From positions 1 to 64,000 of IMG/VR virus record IMGVR_UViG_3300035498_000621: a DNA stretch of 64,000 nucleotides; one strand, 5' to 3'. Below, piece by piece: positions 1 to 7,941 of this stretch; the stretch's first letter is position 1; each line of letters starts with the position of its first letter. Both the position numbers and the translations under genes were made by a program. The stretch is from a virus. Taxonomy: Duplodnaviria; Caudoviricetes. Under the pieces are notes generated by a model, which searched no databases, was not told the origin of the DNA, and saw only the letters and a list, made by a program, of their open reading frames with translations.

Positions 1-19
1 GTCATTTATTTTTTATAAG

Positions 20-27
20 CAAATATA
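20..27 (-). promoter_or_regulatory. Bacteroidetes-type -7 promoter element for a leftward transcript
   Basis: CAAATATA = TATATTTG on the minus strand; a minus-strand ATG (CAT at 3-5) follows at the window edge. Confidence 0.45.
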
Positions 28-117
28 ATATTATATATGTTAATTAAAAATATATAAATGTTAATTATTATTAAATTACTTTTTACGGAATAAAAATTAA
101 CTATACATTATATTTTA

Positions 118-271
118 TCCCCCCCCTATCTAGCAAATCCCGATTTTTTTATTTTAAAGTGCTATATTATAAAAATTATACATGTGAGAGTATATTATAC
201 GCATGAGAATATATTCACTAGAAAGTTATATGCACGAGAGTACACTCAGATATTTAGTCCCCCCTCTATCT
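118..271. repeat. Imperfect direct repeats upstream of first gene
   Basis: TCCCCCCCCTATCT 118-131 and TCCCCCCTCTATCT 258-271 bracket three GAGARTAYAYT units (185-196, 204-217, 235-248). Confidence 0.5.
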
Positions 272-300
272 CTGAATTAACAACAAAAACAAATTAGATT

Positions 301-705
301 ATGAAACAAGAATTTAATGAACAGCTTGAGCAAATTATTGCTCACCTTGGTGACTCACAAATGGCTAAGTCCGTTCGCGAAATGCCGCTTGCTGCTATTG
401 TGGGCGACGTTTTGACGTTGACGGGCGAAACAAAGGTAATTCCTACCGAGCTTAAGACACGTGACGGTCAAAGCATCTCATATGGTGCTTTCCTCACTGT
501 TGAGGGCTTTAAAGTGCCGTTTGGGCAAATTGCGCGCCGTAACAACGGGTTAGGGCTTGTGGGTGATACCCGCGCGGAATGTATCCGTGAATTTGCCGCC
601 AAAATTCCCGACGAGGGATTGAAGCTCAAGGTGGTGAAAGTCAAGAAGGTCGAGTCTTCTTTCGATGACTCAAAGCAATCTTACGTGATGTTCGAGTACG
701 TTTAA
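301..705 (+). CDS. Hypothetical protein, unusually GC-rich
   Basis: 134-aa ORF with A-rich leader, followed by a hairpin. Confidence 0.75.
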   Translation: MKQEFNEQLEQIIAHLGDSQMAKSVREMPLAAIVGDVLTLTGETKVIPTELKTRDGQSISYGAFLTVEGFKVPFGQIARRNNGLGLVGDTRAECIREFAAKIPDEGLKLKVVKVKKVESSFDDSKQSYVMFEYV

Positions 706-710
706 TGGTT

Positions 711-735
711 TGGGGCATTTGCCCCATTCCATTTA
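711..735 (+). terminator. Hairpin after first gene
   Basis: TGGGGCA-TT-TGCCCCA followed by TTCCATTTA. Confidence 0.5.
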
Positions 736-804
736 TGTGTAAACATGCGTAAAAGTAATTAAATCTAATTAATGTGTAAAATTTCGTGAGAAAAATTACA
801 CAAA

Positions 805-875
805 AGACATTCTAGACGTCTATAACACACTCACTGATGAGGCTAGAACGAAACCCCTTAAAAAGGGGTCTGAGT
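805..875 (+). ncRNA. Type I hammerhead ribozyme 1
   Basis: Stem I ACTCA(829-833)/TGAGT(871-875), CTGATGA 834-840, G-C stem II, GAAA 850-853, stem III CCCCTT/AAGGGG, cleavage after GTC 870; loop II CTAGAA pairs with upstream hairpin loop TTCTAG (810-815). Confidence 0.92.
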
Positions 876-897
876 ATAAACTAAAAAGTAAAAAATT

Positions 898-1122
898 ATG
901 ACTATTTATAACGTAACAACAGTAAACGAAAAAAGGGCAAATACTAAATCTTTCTTAACGGAAGAAGAAGCACGTGAATATTTTAATACACGTGTTTCGA
1001 ACATGTCTAAATGTACAAATGTCTATGATGCTAAAAAAGTATCTGAGGATATTTTTATGTTTTTCGTTTATTCAGAGGGTAATTGCACTAATTTTATGTC
1101 ATTAACTACATCTGAACTCTAA
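898..1122 (+). CDS. Hypothetical protein downstream of hammerhead 1
   Basis: 74-aa ORF with AAACTAAAA leader. Confidence 0.7.
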   Translation: MTIYNVTTVNEKRANTKSFLTEEEAREYFNTRVSNMSKCTNVYDAKKVSEDIFMFFVYSEGNCTNFMSLTTSEL

Positions 1123-1195
1123 AGACAGCCAGGAGTCTATAAAATAATCTCTGATGAGACTGGACGAAACACTATCGTAAGATAGTGTCAGATTA
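1123..1195 (+). ncRNA. Type I hammerhead ribozyme 2
   Basis: Stem I TAATCT/AGATTA, CTGATGA 1151-1157, GAAA 1166-1169, stem III CACTATC-GTAA-GATAGTG, cleavage after C1189; loop II CTGG pairs with upstream CCAG (1129-1132). Confidence 0.92.
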
Positions 1196-1220
1196 ACAAA
1201 ACAAGTAAACTAAAACGACA

Positions 1221-1376
1221 ATGAACGCATTTGAACTTAGATCTGGCTATCTCGTATGCCATAATGACAATATGGTCACAATTTACGACACCATTGAAGG
1301 AGCTAAAGAACATGTAGCTTTTCATGGTAACAAAGAAGGTTGGTATATTCTTGATCTTACCGTTAAGAGTATATGA
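1221..1376 (+). CDS. Small hypothetical protein (51 aa)
   Basis: Manual translation MNAFELRSGYLVCHNDNMVTIYDTIEGAKEHV...; AAACTAAAA leader after hammerhead 2. Confidence 0.6.
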   Translation: MNAFELRSGYLVCHNDNMVTIYDTIEGAKEHVAFHGNKEGWYILDLTVKSI

Positions 1377-1385
1377 TGAATGTGT

Positions 1386-1432
1386 AATTACATAAAGAAG
1401 GATTTAATAATGATTCTTCTTTATGTAATTAT
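1386..1432. terminator. Long inverted repeat / possible terminator
   Basis: TAATTACATAAAGAAG...CTTCTTTATGTAATTA. Confidence 0.5.
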
Positions 1433-1533
1433 TGTTATAATCTATTGATTACAATGATTTTTAGTATTTTCTTTTGTATAGTTATATTTGCTATAATATA
1501 TGAAGGTTTAGATTCATACTTCCCTAAAGAAAA

Positions 1534-1722
1534 ATGAGTTATATAACTGTCTACGGCAAATTGACTGACCACAGAATACTTACTGAAGATGGTGTGTATT
1601 GGTTAAAGTATACATGTAGTATTAAGGCTACTGGGTACTTTCTTTTACACAAAGAGTGGACTGGTACTTATACTATCATAAGAATGTTGGTTGAAAGTTA
1701 TGGTGAAGAGGAAGAAAAATGA
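1534..1722 (+). CDS. Hypothetical protein
   Basis: 62-aa ORF. Confidence 0.5.
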   Translation: MSYITVYGKLTDHRILTEDGVYWLKYTCSIKATGYFLLHKEWTGTYTIIRMLVESYGEEEEK

Positions 1723-1809
1723 GGACAGACATCCCATCCTCCTTTTCACCATTTTTAATCAAAATTCCATTTCAAAAATTATTTCGAAGTCAATAGCTAG
1801 TTACAATAA

Positions 1810-1872
1810 ACATTCTGATGAGTCTTTGAAAATTAAGACGAAACCTAGAAATTTTTTTTCGATGGTCAATGT
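1810..1872 (+). ncRNA. Type I hammerhead ribozyme 3
   Basis: Stem I ACATT/AATGT, CTGATGA 1815-1821, stem II GTCTT/AAGAC, GAAA 1840-1843, irregular stem III, cleavage after GTC 1867. Confidence 0.8.
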
Positions 1873-1895
1873 AAAACTAAAAATAGATTAATAAG

Positions 1896-1973
1896 ATGAA
1901 AACATTTTACCTTGTAGATGGAATTATGTTCGACTCACTGAAAGCAGTGCGCGAATATCGTGAAGGCAAGTAA
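1896..1973 (+). CDS. Micro-ORF (25 aa) downstream of hammerhead 3
   Basis: MKTFYLVDGIMFDSLKAVREYREGK; same AAACTAAAA leader. Confidence 0.4.
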   Translation: MKTFYLVDGIMFDSLKAVREYREGK

Positions 1974-1986
1974 CAATCCATTTTGA

Positions 1987-2015
1987 ATAGTCCTAGGCAA
2001 GACTATAAACTGCCT
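1987..2015 (+). ncRNA. Compact H-type pseudoknot
   Basis: S1 ATAGTC/GACTAT, S2 AGGCA/TGCCT, AAAC linker. Confidence 0.55.
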
Positions 2016-2049
2016 TTAACACTTATAAAGTGTTATATGTATCTGCTAT

Positions 2050-3030
2050 CATGATGCAGTATAAAAATACATGACCAAACTACTTCTGACGCCTATATAA
2101 GGAAGACTATTGGAATATTTTAATAACATTGGTAGGCAACCTAACAGCAGGGTTAAAGACGCTGTATATTCTATGAAATCCATGTAGAATATAACATGAT
2201 AAATGGTTGGCCCGCAGGAATACGACTGCATTAACTTCTATTTAACGAATCATGTAAAAATCCACAACATGAGGGTAAAATGGTGGTTGACAACTCGGAA
2301 AGACGAGTATTAATTATTTAACTTTTTAATTTATACAACATAGTAAGAATTTACTGCACTCTTAATGCCGTTACGCTGTTGAAGAGTATTGGGAAAATAT
2401 TATGTTGTAAAGTATATTTATTCAATTAAATATACTTATTATGTTTAACTTTTAATAAAAAGAATCATACTTCGCACCATTCCAGCGAATAGATGTTCAA
2501 CTTATATCTAGAATAAGTTCTTGTACGGGAAGTGGAATTGGTGGCTGTTCCAAATTAGCCAACGAAAAATCAGAAATACCTAGAGTAACTGGATATGGGT
2601 ATTTCAAATTATTATTTCTAGAATAATAATTATAAGTCTAAAATTGTCTATTTCTAGAGTTAGACTAAGGGAATATAACATGTATTCGCAAACCATGTGC
2701 GCATCCCTGAATTAAGTTTGCGATAACGGTCTTATTTGCAACGCCGTGAATATTTCGCTCAAAGTAAAGATAAGAGCCTTATACATAAATTTGTCAGCAT
2801 AAATATGTATTAAGTATCAAAACTGTCCAAAGGATTCAGGCGTACAGATCTACAGAATGGTGATGAGCTAGTCCATTCAAACTCAGTATTACGATGTGAG
2901 TATAAATAATATCGTACCAATTGACATGAGGAAATTGTCATAGTTTATTTAACTAGGAGTGACGTTAAATAAATGAAGATATAATCATAACTCAGTAATG
3001 TGTAAAAAGCAGCTACGTTGGTAACGTAAC
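2050..3030 (+). ncRNA. Long structured non-coding region (one or several ncRNAs)
   Basis: No credible ORF; several helices and pseudoknots (e.g. ATGCAGT/ACTGCAT, 2471-2542, 2881-2916). Confidence 0.4.
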
Positions 3031-3039
3031 AACCATGTA

Positions 3040-3119
3040 GAAGAGTATAGTCAATGTTGGTATTTGTACAAACTTTCTTCGAAAGTATAAGATCATGAGT
3101 TCGATTCTCATTACTCTTC
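3040..3119 (+). ncRNA. tRNA-like element with degenerate D/anticodon arms
   Basis: Acceptor GAAGAGTA/TACTCTTC, T-arm ATGAG-TTCGATT-CTCAT, central ACTTT-CTTCG-AAAGT hairpin. Confidence 0.6.
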
Positions 3120-3196
3120 CTAATTAAAATCCTTTAGCGAGGTGGGAGCTGTGCAACTCCTTTATCATCTGCACTTTATAAAAACTAAAATAACTT

Positions 3197-3322
3197 TCCA
3201 AGTTGTTGAGGACAGCCGTGTTCTCTAAGTCATTTTAAACATAACACTATAACTAAAAAACAACTAGTATATAGTAAAAATCGTGAGTAGCTCTCCGTAG
3301 TTATGGACCGAGTTTAGGCTGT
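3197..3322 (+). ncRNA. Multi-pseudoknot structured RNA / leader
   Basis: AGTTGTT/AACAACT, ACAGCC/GGCTGT, GTGTT/AACAC, ATAACTA/TAGTTAT pairings. Confidence 0.45.
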
Positions 3323-3345
3323 AAAACACAAAACAATTAACAATT

Positions 3346-3726
3346 ATGAATAAACAACAAGTATCTGACATAGAAGCTCTTGAAGAACTTAAAAAACATT
3401 TATCAGAACCCAGATGTAAAGTTTTTGATTACAAACTCGTAAAAGTTCTTGTTCCTTTTACTCAATGGGCAGGAATTTGTGTAGATTGGACAAATACAAA
3501 AATATCTACCGGAAAAGTAGCATGTATGTTTCTAAATAAATTTCATAGAAACATAATAATCAAATCTTTTGCTGAATTTAACAAAGAGCTCAATAAAGAA
3601 GAACCTGTTCTTATTGAAGCTTGTAATAATGAAACAGGTAATATTGAACAATTTTTTGTTCAAAAATCTAAAGACGGACTTTGTATTTATGCAGTAGGTG
3701 AAGATTATAAAATTATTGATTTATGA
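3346..3726 (+). CDS. Hypothetical protein
   Basis: 126-aa ORF, ATGA overlap with next gene. Confidence 0.75.
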   Translation: MNKQQVSDIEALEELKKHLSEPRCKVFDYKLVKVLVPFTQWAGICVDWTNTKISTGKVACMFLNKFHRNIIIKSFAEFNKELNKEEPVLIEACNNETGNIEQFFVQKSKDGLCIYAVGEDYKIIDL

Positions 3727-4037
3727 AAGAATATATTCTAGCAAAGAAAGAAAATGAGTTGATCGCAGTTTATTATGTAAATTGTGATCTTTACTATAAT
3801 CGTAGTACTCAAAATAATACTCTTAATGCAATTTCTGATGCTATTAAGAGTATTACTAATGTGGCTCTTGAGCCATCTGTAATTAAAGAAATTGTACGTG
3901 ATTCTAAAGCACTATCTTTGCATTATGATATTGCAAAAACTGAATATTCAGTATTTGTAAGATATGATGCAAATAATATCATTTTTCATATTGCAAAGAG
4001 TCCTAATGAATTAGAATGGCAAGAAATAAATAAATAA
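3723..4037 (+). CDS. Hypothetical protein
   Basis: 104-aa ORF, coupled. Confidence 0.75.
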   Translation: MKEYILAKKENELIAVYYVNCDLYYNRSTQNNTLNAISDAIKSITNVALEPSVIKEIVRDSKALSLHYDIAKTEYSVFVRYDANNIIFHIAKSPNELEWQEINK

Positions 4038-4132
4038 ATGAAAAAATTCGAATCAAACAACGATCCGTTCATGGCATTAGCTATTATAGCTAGTATGATG
4101 TTTTTATATATCATTTTAATATTTCTATAAAA

Positions 4133-4333
4133 ATGAACGCAGATCAAATAAATGCTATTAATTTAGCATTTGATACTTTGAAAAAAGTATTTCATGAAGT
4201 TGGATTTTATGAAAACTGTCGTGATTCCAAATATTCTGAAGAAAATTATAAAGATTTAGATAATGCTATTCATGCATTATTTGATGCTAATGTTCCTCAG
4301 AATATTATAGATCATTTTAAACAATGTATCTAA
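4133..4333 (+). CDS. Hypothetical protein
   Basis: 66-aa ORF in operon. Confidence 0.65.
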   Translation: MNADQINAINLAFDTLKKVFHEVGFYENCRDSKYSEENYKDLDNAIHALFDANVPQNIIDHFKQCI

Positions 4334-4334
4334 A

Positions 4335-4493
4335 ATGGAAGAACTCACTGATATGAATAATATTAAACCTAGTCCAAAATGGATTACACAACTTGGACAA
4401 GACATAGCTGAGAAATATAATCTTGGCTATGTCGATGGTTTATTTATTTCAGGAATGATTGAGCATGCAATTTTACATGTAATATTTAAATAA
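4335..4493 (+). CDS. Small hypothetical protein (52 aa)
   Basis: Manual translation MEELTDMNNIKPSPKWITQLGQDIAEKY...; abuts previous stop. Confidence 0.55.
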   Translation: MEELTDMNNIKPSPKWITQLGQDIAEKYNLGYVDGLFISGMIEHAILHVIFK

Positions 4494-4544
4494 TAATCAA
4501 TATTTACATAAATATAATATTTTACAAATTTTAACATTTTATTA

Positions 4545-4576
4545 TTTGGCAAAATGAATTTTATATAATATATTTG
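4545..4576 (+). promoter_or_regulatory. Bacteroidetes sigma70 promoter for tRNA/ncRNA cluster
   Basis: TTTG(-33) 4545-4548, TATATTTG(-7) 4569-4576. Confidence 0.7.
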
Positions 4577-4636
4577 CATACAATATTACAAAATTAAATT
4601 TATAGTTAATTAATTAAGTGATTATTAATTATAATA

Positions 4637-4700
4637 AGAATACATACAGCAATTATTTATTATATTGTTAGTTTAAGTTTCTTGTTCCAAATGTATTCTG
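4637..4700 (+). ncRNA. ACAGCAA small-RNA element copy 1 (Y-RNA-like candidate)
   Basis: AGAATACAT-ACAGCAA...ATGTATTCT-G terminal stem. Confidence 0.65.
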
Positions 4701-4718
4701 AATTTAATAATCATGTTT

Positions 4719-4790
4719 GCGCCATTAGTATAAAGGTTATTACACTAGACTTCCAATCTAGATATGTCAGTTCGATTCTGATATGGCGCT
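4719..4790 (+). tRNA. tRNA-Gly(TCC)
   Basis: Cloverleaf, anticodon arm CTAGA-CTTCCAA-TCTAG. Confidence 0.93.
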
Positions 4791-4812
4791 CTGAACTATT
4801 TCATAGACAATA

Positions 4813-4889
4813 AGAATACTTACAGCAATTTATTACTCTACTTAATAAATTTTATCTTTTTTCTAACATTTTTAATTATAAGTATTCTG
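4813..4889 (+). ncRNA. ACAGCAA small-RNA element copy 2
   Basis: AGAATACTT-ACAGCAA...AAGTATTCT-G; internal 8-bp hairpin with CTCTACT loop. Confidence 0.65.
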
Positions 4890-4893
4890 GCAT

Positions 4894-4967
4894 GGGAATT
4901 TAGCTCAGCAGGTTAGAGCAATTGACTGTTAATCAATAGGTCGTAGGTTCGAATCCTCCAATTCCCG
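4894..4967 (+). tRNA. tRNA-Asn(GTT)
   Basis: Cloverleaf, ATTGA-CTGTTAA-TCAAT. Confidence 0.93.
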
Positions 4968-4971
4968 CTAA

Positions 4972-5045
4972 GGGCTGTTAGTTCAGTTGGCTAGAACGTA
5001 TGCTTTGCACGCATAAAGTCGCGAGTTCGAGTCTCGCACGGTCCA
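4972..5045 (+). tRNA. tRNA-Ala(TGC)
   Basis: Cloverleaf, TATGC-TTTGCAC-GCATA, G3:U70. Confidence 0.93.
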
Positions 5046-5107
5046 CTAGAGCAGCTTGTTTTAGAAATAAAAGATGAATTAATTCAAAATTTTAAATCAA
5101 AAACAAA

Positions 5108-5281
5108 ATGAAGAATCTAGTTTTAGTATTTACATTTTTGATGGCTATTACTTTTGCTTCATGCAGCCATAGTACATCAAATGAAGTGCCTACAGTTGAT
5201 TCTACTGAGGTAGTTACAGATTCTATCGAGACTGTTGACTCTCTTACTGTAGATAGTCTAGCAGTTGATTCTGTTCTGTAA
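5108..5281 (+). CDS. Small lipoprotein with D-S repeats (57 aa)
   Basis: MKNLVLVFTFLMAITFASC lipobox followed by VDST/DSI/DSL/DSL/DSV. Confidence 0.75.
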   Translation: MKNLVLVFTFLMAITFASCSHSTSNEVPTVDSTEVVTDSIETVDSLTVDSLAVDSVL

Positions 5282-5552
5282 TTTTGTAACTGTCTTCAAA
5301 GTTCACAGTATAAACGAACTTCCTTTTTATTGAAATTATATAATATCCATGAAAAAAGAAATATTCACCATTATTATTATAGCTCTTGTTTTAGCTATAC
5401 TCATCTATTGTGCATTAGAATGTTATGTATAAAATATTTGATTCTTATGGAGAATTTTTAAGAAGTTTTCCTACATATAAACAAGCTTTTACTTGGGTAT
5501 ATAGTCAAGGTGGTTATGGTAAATGGGTAATTAGCAACAAGGGCTGTTGCTA

Positions 5553-5634
5553 GCGAATGTGGCGAAATTGGTAGACGCACTAGACTTAGAATCTAGTATC
5601 GAAAGATATGCGGGTTCGAATCCCGCCATTCGCA
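5553..5634 (+). tRNA. tRNA-Leu(TAG)
   Basis: Type II cloverleaf, CTAGA-CTTAGAA-TCTAG. Confidence 0.93.
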
Positions 5635-5636
5635 CA

Positions 5637-5708
5637 TGTGGAGTAGAGCAGTGGTAGCTCGTTTGGCTCATAACCAAAAAGTCACAGGTTCGAATCCTGT
5701 CTCCGCAA
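5637..5708 (+). tRNA. tRNA-Met(CAT), initiator-like D arm
   Basis: Cloverleaf, TTTGG-CTCATAA-CCAAA. Confidence 0.88.
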
Positions 5709-5731
5709 CAAATTAATTAATTTTTTTAAAT

Positions 5732-5941
5732 ATGAGAACAACTAAATATCTTCTTTCATCTGGAACTTCTATTGTTTCTGAAATTTCAGAATCAAATGGT
5801 TTATTAGTTTCATTTACAAATGATCTTGGAAAGGCTGTTAAATTTGATACATTTGGAGAAGCTATGACTGAAGCTACTAAAGTAAATGATCTTTTAGGAA
5901 CTCCAATATTTAAAGCAGCTATCATAGTAGGAAATTTTTAA
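5732..5941 (+). CDS. Hypothetical protein
   Basis: 69-aa ORF. Confidence 0.65.
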   Translation: MRTTKYLLSSGTSIVSEISESNGLLVSFTNDLGKAVKFDTFGEAMTEATKVNDLLGTPIFKAAIIVGNF

Positions 5942-6053
5942 CAAATCAATACTCCAGTTTCCAATAATCTATAAATTGGTGACTTTTCGAATCCTCAACA
6001 AGAGGAATAGGGTTTGGCTATTTCCTCAAATAGTACAGGTCTAGTAAGACAAC

Positions 6054-6106
6054 AAAGACATATACAATTAGTTATGGAGTTAAACTAACAATGTATATGT
6101 CTTTTT
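6054..6106 (+). terminator. Intrinsic terminator
   Basis: AAGACATATACA...TGTATATGTCTT-TTT. Confidence 0.55.
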
Positions 6107-6178
6107 ATTAAAATGAGTTAAGTGTGAGAACATTATAAAAAACTTTGGTTTGTGAAAATAGAAGTTTTTACCTATTAT

Positions 6179-6209
6179 TTTGTAAATAGATATAATTTTA
6201 GTAAATTTG
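6179..6209 (+). promoter_or_regulatory. Bacteroidetes-type promoter for recoded gene
   Basis: TTTG 6179-6182, TAAATTTG 6202-6209. Confidence 0.6.
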
Positions 6210-6252
6210 AATATTAAATTCAAATAATGTTTAATTTTATTAAAATCTATTT

Positions 6253-7602
6253 ATGTCAACTAAAAATAATACAAATGAATCATTTTCATCACGATATAAA
6301 TATGAAAATGGAAATTATTATAGAAAAGCAGCCAATGGAAGTTGGTTTAAAGTTTCTGTAAATAGAGATGGTAATTTATAGTGGGAACAACCTGATGGTA
6401 AAATAGTAAAAGATTCTAGATATAAAGTTCCTGCATTTATAGCTACTTCTAATACACCAAATGGTGTACAATATAGAATTGCTACAGGATCAAATGGAGG
6501 TTAGGGATATTATAATTCTTTAGATGCTGCAATTAGTGCGTATTCTAATGCTAAAACTAAAGGAGCATTTTCAGATCCTTCTGAAAATTTATTAAATGAT
6601 TTAACATTTGATGCTTTTACAGGTAAAGGTGTTATTAATGCAGTCGGTAGAGGAATTAGAATGTTACCTAATGCTGGTAAATCTTTTATAAATGCTGCGA
6701 AATATGCATTTAGTACGCCATCAAAAGAAGTTGCTAGAAAAGTTGCTACAAAAACAGCAGAAAATACTATAAGAGAAGCTCCTAGATTTATTGGAGGATT
6801 AGTTGCAGCAGGAGGCGCAAATAAAGCAACAAAAGTATTAACTGGCAAATCAATTAATGAACGTAATGCTGACGCTTTAACACAACATTGGGGAATGGAA
6901 GTAACTCCAACTACTGCATCTGTTATAAATCCTATATTTTGGGGTGGATACGGACTTACTGATAGAGCTATTAGAAGAGCTTCTTTTAATCATATTACTC
7001 CTATTAGTTATTCTGATGATGTTGCAGCAATTCCTTTAAGTAAAAAATAGGAATTTATGGAAATAGTAAAAGATATTCCAAAACAAATTTTTAATTTTAA
7101 ACCTATTAAAGTTCCTGCTTGGAGAAAAAGATATAATACATCATTAGCAGAACATGATCTTCAAGGAAATGAAGCTTTTCTTGATAATAGAGAAGAAGCT
7201 ATGCGATTAGTATTTGGATAGCCTAGTAGAACTGGTTTATATGTTAAAAATAAAAATGGAACTTATTCATATGATTTAGATAAACTATATGATGAAAATC
7301 TTCCTGAATCTGGATTAATTAAAACAGAAGAAGGATATAAATATAATCCAACTGTTGTAGGTAAAAATCTTGCTGGTGATAACTTAGCATGGAATGGCGG
7401 ATATATTAATTATCAAGAAGGAAATGGTGTAGCACATATTTCTGATGTATTTGATGTATAGCCATTTATAGATGCTTATAGACTTCCTTCTTTAAGTTTC
7501 TCACCGTGGATGCATAGAAATCTTCCAGAATTTGAAGTATTTAATGCTCTTGGTGGAAAACCATTTACTTTAGAAATGACACTTCCAACATTATGGTATT
7601 AA
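6253..7602 (+). CDS. 449-aa hypothetical protein with 5 in-frame TAG codons (code 15)
   Basis: Single frame ATG6253 to TAA7602, broken only by TAG at 6379, 6502, 7048, 7219, 7459; includes track ORF 6661-7050. Confidence 0.85.
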
Positions 7603-7676
7603 TTATTTTATTTTTAAGTATAATTATATTATACGTATTAATGTTATTAGTATCTTCCATGGATACTTGTGATAAA

Positions 7677-7708
7677 TTTGACATTCCAAAAAAATATAAA
7701 TAAATTTA
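7677..7708 (+). promoter_or_regulatory. Promoter directly upstream of ACAGCAA element copy 3
   Basis: TTTG 7677-7680, TAAATTTA 7701-7708 (one mismatch to -7 consensus). Confidence 0.5.
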
Positions 7709-7715
7709 TATAATA

Positions 7716-7783
7716 AGAATTCTTACAGCAAATCTTTTTTTAATATTAATTTAGGGGATTAATCAGTTAAAATAAGAATTCTG
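7716..7783 (+). ncRNA. ACAGCAA small-RNA element copy 3
   Basis: AGAATTCTT-ACAGCAA...AAGAATTCT-G (compensatory change relative to copy 2). Confidence 0.65.
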
Positions 7784-7789
7784 GTTTTA

Positions 7790-7863
7790 GCTCCTATATC
7801 TCAGTTGGTTAGAGAAGCTGACTCATAATCAGAAGGTCCTAGGTTCAAGCCCTAGTGGGAGCA
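7790..7863 (+). tRNA. tRNA-Met/Ile2(CAT)
   Basis: Cloverleaf, GCTGA-CTCATAA-TCAGA. Confidence 0.88.
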
Positions 7864-7870
7864 CAGCAAT

Positions 7871-7941
7871 TGGAATATGGTGTAATGGTAGCACTACAGA
7901 TTTTGATTCTGTCTGTTTAAGTTCGAATCTTGATATTCCAA
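7871..7941 (+). tRNA. tRNA-Gln(TTG)
   Basis: Cloverleaf, ACAGA-TTTTGAT-TCTGT. Confidence 0.9.

Noticed and set aside
1691-1891. Track ORF of 66 aa
   Set aside because: Spans hammerhead 3 and would be cut; weak start
4637-4889. ACAGCAA repeats as a CRISPR array
   Set aside because: Copies are dispersed, enclose variable-length AU-rich sequence and have no regular repeat-spacer period
5553-5634. tRNA with TAG in the loop as a suppressor
   Set aside because: Anticodon UAG reads CUA (Leu); it does not read the amber codon
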